Positions 60,602-64,000 of a stretch of DNA of 64,000 nucleotides are shown here, in pieces. Origin of the DNA: an uncultured virus (IMG/VR IMGVR_UViG_3300046534_001898). Its lineage: Duplodnaviria; Heunggongvirae; Uroviricota; Caudoviricetes. Numbering within the stretch: the stretch's first letter is position 1; each line of letters starts with the position of its first letter. Position numbers and translations under genes: made by a program. The stretch lies in IMG/VR virus record IMGVR_UViG_3300046534_001898; one strand, 5' to 3'. Under the pieces are notes generated by a model, which was given only the letters and a program-made list of their open reading frames with translations, had not been told where the DNA came from and did not search any database.

Positions 60602-62098
60602 ATGGCTGGATTAAAAATTACAGGTAAGGACTTATTAGAGATTGGTTTCGAGAGTGGAAAAACTCTTGGGGTGACTCTTGATGTCGTTAGAAAAGGTTAC
60701 AAGCGTGATCACTGGGATGATGTAACTCCAGTCTTGAAGAAGATGTTGGCTGATCCAGAGGCTTTCTTGAATCACAATATTCTTGGGAGAGCTGCTGAGA
60801 CTTTAATCGTTAAGACAGAATTCGACCCAACCGTTGCTATCAATGACGAAAGTGTTCGTTACGATGTTTATGGTAAGGAAGGAATTGAGCAGGGAGCTTT
60901 CGATCAAATTGATTGGGCTACTAAGTTGCCAGTTGCTATTAGAGGAGCTTTAATGCCAGATGCTCACCAAGGATATGGTTTACCAATCGGAGGTGTACTT
61001 GCAACTGATAACGCTATTATTCCTTACGGAGTAGGTGTTGATATCGGTTGTAGAATGTGTTTGACAGTTTATGACACTAAAAGCGATTTCATTACTGGAA
61101 ACAGAAAGTTCTTAGCTGATATCTTGAGGAAGAATGCTTTCTTTGGAATCAACGGAAACGACATTACCCTTGAGCATGAGATTTTGGATAACATCAATGA
61201 GACTGATGTGGTCTTTGCTAGAAATTTAATTGATAAAGCGCAAGCTCAATTAGGAACTTCTGGTGGAGGAAATCATTTCATTGACTTTGGACATGTTGAT
61301 ATCACTGATGTTAATAACGAGTTTGGATTAGAAATAGGAAGGTACTTTGGTATCTTGTCACACTCAGGATCGAGAGGTTTTGGTGCTAAGATTTCTAATG
61401 AGTATACCGAAAGAGCGAGAGCTTCTTGTATGCTTCCATCACAAGTTAAAGACTTGGCTTGGTTAGATATGGATTCTCAGGATGGTCATGAGTATTGGGT
61501 CGCTATGAATTTAGCGGGAGATTATGCTTCGGCTTGTCACGAGAAGATGCATGAGAGAATATCGACTGCTCTTGGTATTGAAGAAGTCGGAAGAGTAGAG
61601 AATCACCACAACTTCGCATGGAAGGAAATGGTGAACGGCAAGGAGGCTATTGTTCACCGTAAGGGAGCGACTCCAGCTGGTGAGGGAGTTATGGGAATCA
61701 TACCGGGTTCGATGGTCTCAAAAGGATATATCGTTCGTGGTAAAGGGAATCCACACTCTTTATCTTCAGCTTCTCACGGAGCAGGAAGACTACACTCAAG
61801 AACAAAGTGTAAAGAGTTGTTCAACAAAGAAACAGTAGCTGCAACGTTGAGAAACGCTGAAGTAACACTTATTGGTGGAGGTCTCGATGAGGCTCCAGAT
61901 GCTTACAAAGATATTGACACAGTTATGTCTTACCAGAATAACTTGGTTGATATTGTAGGAAGTTTCACTCCACAAGTTGTTCGTATGGCTTCTAGTTCTG
62001 AAGAAGGTCTTTCTTGGAAGGAACGTAAAGATAAGAAGAAAAAAGACCAAGAACGTAAAATAAGACAAAGTAAAGAAAGAGAGCGTAAGATGCGTTAA
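60602..62098 (+). CDS. rtcB: RtcB 3'-phosphate/5'-OH RNA ligase
   Basis: MPDAH.GYG.PIG, GVDIGC, GGGNHF, HSGSRG, HHN, HRKGAT, HGAGR, DEAPDAYK. Confidence 0.97.
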   Translation: MAGLKITGKDLLEIGFESGKTLGVTLDVVRKGYKRDHWDDVTPVLKKMLADPEAFLNHNILGRAAETLIVKTEFDPTVAINDESVRYDVYGKEGIEQGAFDQIDWATKLPVAIRGALMPDAHQGYGLPIGGVLATDNAIIPYGVGVDIGCRMCLTVYDTKSDFITGNRKFLADILRKNAFFGINGNDITLEHEILDNINETDVVFARNLIDKAQAQLGTSGGGNHFIDFGHVDITDVNNEFGLEIGRYFGILSHSGSRGFGAKISNEYTERARASCMLPSQVKDLAWLDMDSQDGHEYWVAMNLAGDYASACHEKMHERISTALGIEEVGRVENHHNFAWKEMVNGKEAIVHRKGATPAGEGVMGIIPGSMVSKGYIVRGKGNPHSLSSASHGAGRLHSRTKCKELFNKETVAATLRNAEVTLIGGGLDEAPDAYKDIDTVMSYQNNLVDIVGSFTPQVVRMASSSEEGLSWKERKDKKKKDQERKIRQSKERERKMR

Positions 62099-62114
62099 GC
62101 GCTCTCTTTAATTT

Positions 62115-62202
62115 GGCAATATGGCAGAGTGGTCAATTGCGCTCGGCTCATATCCGAGTTTCCGAAAGGATACCGTTGGTTCAAATCCAACTATTGCCAC
62201 CA
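62115..62202 (+). tRNA. tRNA with a CAU anticodon (Met/Ile2) and a long variable arm
   Basis: ctcgg-ctCATat-ccgag, tcc-gaaa-gga variable stem, ACCA end. Confidence 0.8.
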
Positions 62203-62204
62203 AA

Positions 62205-62579
62205 TTAATTTTCTAATATACAGCTCTCAAATTTGAGAGCGATATTTATATCCATAATATCGGAGAAATAATTATCAAACGATGTTTGCTCTACATTGCA
62301 TTTTTTGAAATAAATTAATTCTCCATCCTGACAACCTAATGTATCAATTATTTCAATATGGAAGTCAAAGTCTTTCATTTTGGAAACTTCCTTCACAAAG
62401 ATTTCTATTTCATCTGAGGGGAGGTCATCTATAGGGGTAAACTTGAATAGCTCCCATTCTTCTTTTGTTGTATTGAATATGGGCATATAGTTAGACTGAA
62501 TAATCCAAGGACTAACTTTTGGGAGATGGGCAATGAAATGTCTTTTAATCATAGGTTCATCTTCTATTTTGATTGTCAT
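62205..62579 (-). CDS. Divergent tail-tube-like paralogue
   Basis: EP....F...P...W.....P and the C-terminal ESC match the upstream gene. Confidence 0.5.
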   Translation of the reverse strand: MTIKIEDEPMIKRHFIAHLPKVSPWIIQSNYMPIFNTTKEEWELFKFTPIDDLPSDEIEIFVKEVSKMKDFDFHIEIIDTLGCQDGELIYFKKCNVEQTSFDNYFSDIMDINIALKFESCILEN

Positions 62580-62594
62580 AAACTTGTTTTTAAT

Positions 62595-63167
62595 TTAAAA
62601 TTCAGCTTGTTTAAAGCTTTTAAAAACGCAGGATTCTGGCTTAATGCTAATGGTGACTTTGCTGAGATCATCATTACCGTAATCGCTATTACCATAATCG
62701 ACACTTTCTAGTTTGCAATTTGTTAGAGTCTATTTATCTAATGCTACTCCAGCGCAATCAAGGTCTGTAAACGTACAGTCAAAACCTTTGTTTTCAGATA
62801 ACATTTTCTGAATCCCATTAAGAGTAGAGTTGTTTGTTAGTTCCAGAATTTGAATACTCACTGGTAGCCATTCGCACCCTTTAACTGATTCGTTGATTTT
62901 TATTTTAGGTCTATCAGCTGTTTGAACTAGATAGGAATCAATACCGAATTTTTCTGGGAATCTGAATTCAAAACTGTTTTTGAGTTTTGGCTCATTTGCT
63001 AGAGGAGCTAAATTATATTCCTTAATTAACCTTTCTCTTCTTTGGGTTTCTTGGTTTTCTTTTAAGGATGATTTAACTTCCTCTCTAATTGTGTACATTA
63101 AATCTACTCGTTCACGTTGCTCAGGTGTCATGAGGTCTATTGGTATTGGGTTATAGTAATCTGGCAT
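62595..63167 (-). CDS. Tail-tube (gp19-like) protein with an in-frame TAG at 62730-62732
   Basis: Reading through gives DLDCAGVALDK*TLTNCKLESVDYGNSDYGNDDLSKVTISIKPESCVFKSFKQAEF and then TAA. Confidence 0.7.
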
Positions 63168-63329
63168 GTTTCTTTTTCTTTTAAATAAGAATTGAAAAAT
63201 TTTTCGTATCTTTGCGATATGGAATTAATAAAGAGTTACGAATTTCATTCAAGATGAAAGCTATGGTGAGCAAGGGTGGGCTTTCTTTTTGAATGATAAG
63301 AAAGTTGAGTTAAATGAAGAATAACATAA

Positions 63330-63785
63330 ATGATATTAATAGATAAGAATGGAACCACTGGTTGGTCTCATATGGTGGCATCCACAGTCTCGGAATTGCA
63401 TGATTTTGCAAAAAGGGTAGGTTGCACAAGATTTTCGAACAAGAGAGGTAAATACCAACCTCACTATGATGTTCGGGACGAAGAGTTTGATAAAGCAGTT
63501 GATCTAGGGGCAGTCCTAGTATCGAGTAAAGCGATTATACATTTTTTAAGATTACATTATGGTTCTGATATTTCTCAGGATCGTATCAATAAGTTGGTTA
63601 TGCTTTGGGAGGTGTTTCATTTTGCTCTTAATGAGGAAACATTAGAAACCTCTAGTGATTCCCATAAAGAGAAGTTAAAAAAAATGATGGAATCTGCCGA
63701 GAAGAGATATGATGAATATTCAGAATTTGGATCGGAAGTGGCGGAGTATTTGGCGATGTTTGAATTAATTTCAAAAGTTTTTTAA
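63330..63785 (+). CDS. DUF4031-like protein
   Basis: WSHMVA....ELH.FA..VG......HYD........A...GA. Confidence 0.75.
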   Translation: MILIDKNGTTGWSHMVASTVSELHDFAKRVGCTRFSNKRGKYQPHYDVRDEEFDKAVDLGAVLVSSKAIIHFLRLHYGSDISQDRINKLVMLWEVFHFALNEETLETSSDSHKEKLKKMMESAEKRYDEYSEFGSEVAEYLAMFELISKVF

Positions 63786-63860
63786 AAAAAGTTTGCCAAT
63801 TAGAAAAACATTCATATATTTGCATCCGCATTAGGGGAAACGTTCCTTAATAAATACCTG

Positions 63861-63989
63861 TCCGATGTAGCTCAGTGGTAGAGCGCCTAATATCTCATTT
63901 AGAGATTATGAAATTTTTAGGTTTTGACATTATAAATGATACTACGCATTCCAAGCGGGAGGTCGGGGGTTCGATTCCCTCCATCGGCA
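63861..63989 (+). ncRNA. tRNA-like RNA with an insertion of about 55 nt in the anticodon arm
   Basis: ccgatg/catcgg acceptor, canonical D and T arms, cgc-atTCCaa-gcg after the insert. Confidence 0.65.
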
Positions 63990-64000
63990 CTAAAATTAGA

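Noticed and set aside
1..64000. Genome-wide TAG reassignment (code 15-like)
   Set aside because: Long conserved genes are intact under code 11. TAG acts as a plausible true stop at 4959, 6790 and 50553, with only short extensions beyond. Only two convincing in-frame TAGs were found.
1..64000. CRISPR array, cas genes, integrase or transposase
   Set aside because: No regularly spaced repeat-spacer units or diagnostic motifs were seen.

Overview
AT-rich, densely coding segment of a large (jumbo-type) dsDNA phage genome. The host is probably Bacteroidetes, judged from recurrent TAnnTTTG promoter boxes and a Bacteroidetes-style sigma70. Protein calls come from motif recognition only; no searches were run. 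The window carries nucleotide metabolism, replication and repair genes (nrdA, UvrD, SSB, Nei, NUDIX, NT5C), proteostasis genes (ClpC-like, AAA/M41), RNA repair genes (Rnl1, Rnl2-like, RtcB, 2H phosphoesterase, HAD), ArgRS, TyrRS and three tRNA operons. The main observation is that each tRNA operon appears to be headed by a translational sensor matched to its content. (1) A Ser/Trp/Arg-rich leader peptide with a terminator/antiterminator precedes the Ser/Arg/Trp tRNA + ArgRS operon. (2) A Tyr/Ala/Pro/Gly/Asp-rich leader with a terminator/antiterminator precedes the Tyr/Pro/Gly/Asp/Ala tRNA + TyrRS operon. (3) A Pth2-HD gene with an in-frame TAG at codon 5 precedes two CUA amber-suppressor tRNAs and a set of anticodon-less mini-tRNAs. 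A tail-tube-like gene also has an in-frame TAG where homologues are recalled to have Trp. Several other tRNA-like RNAs have unusual structures, and three promoter classes are visible.
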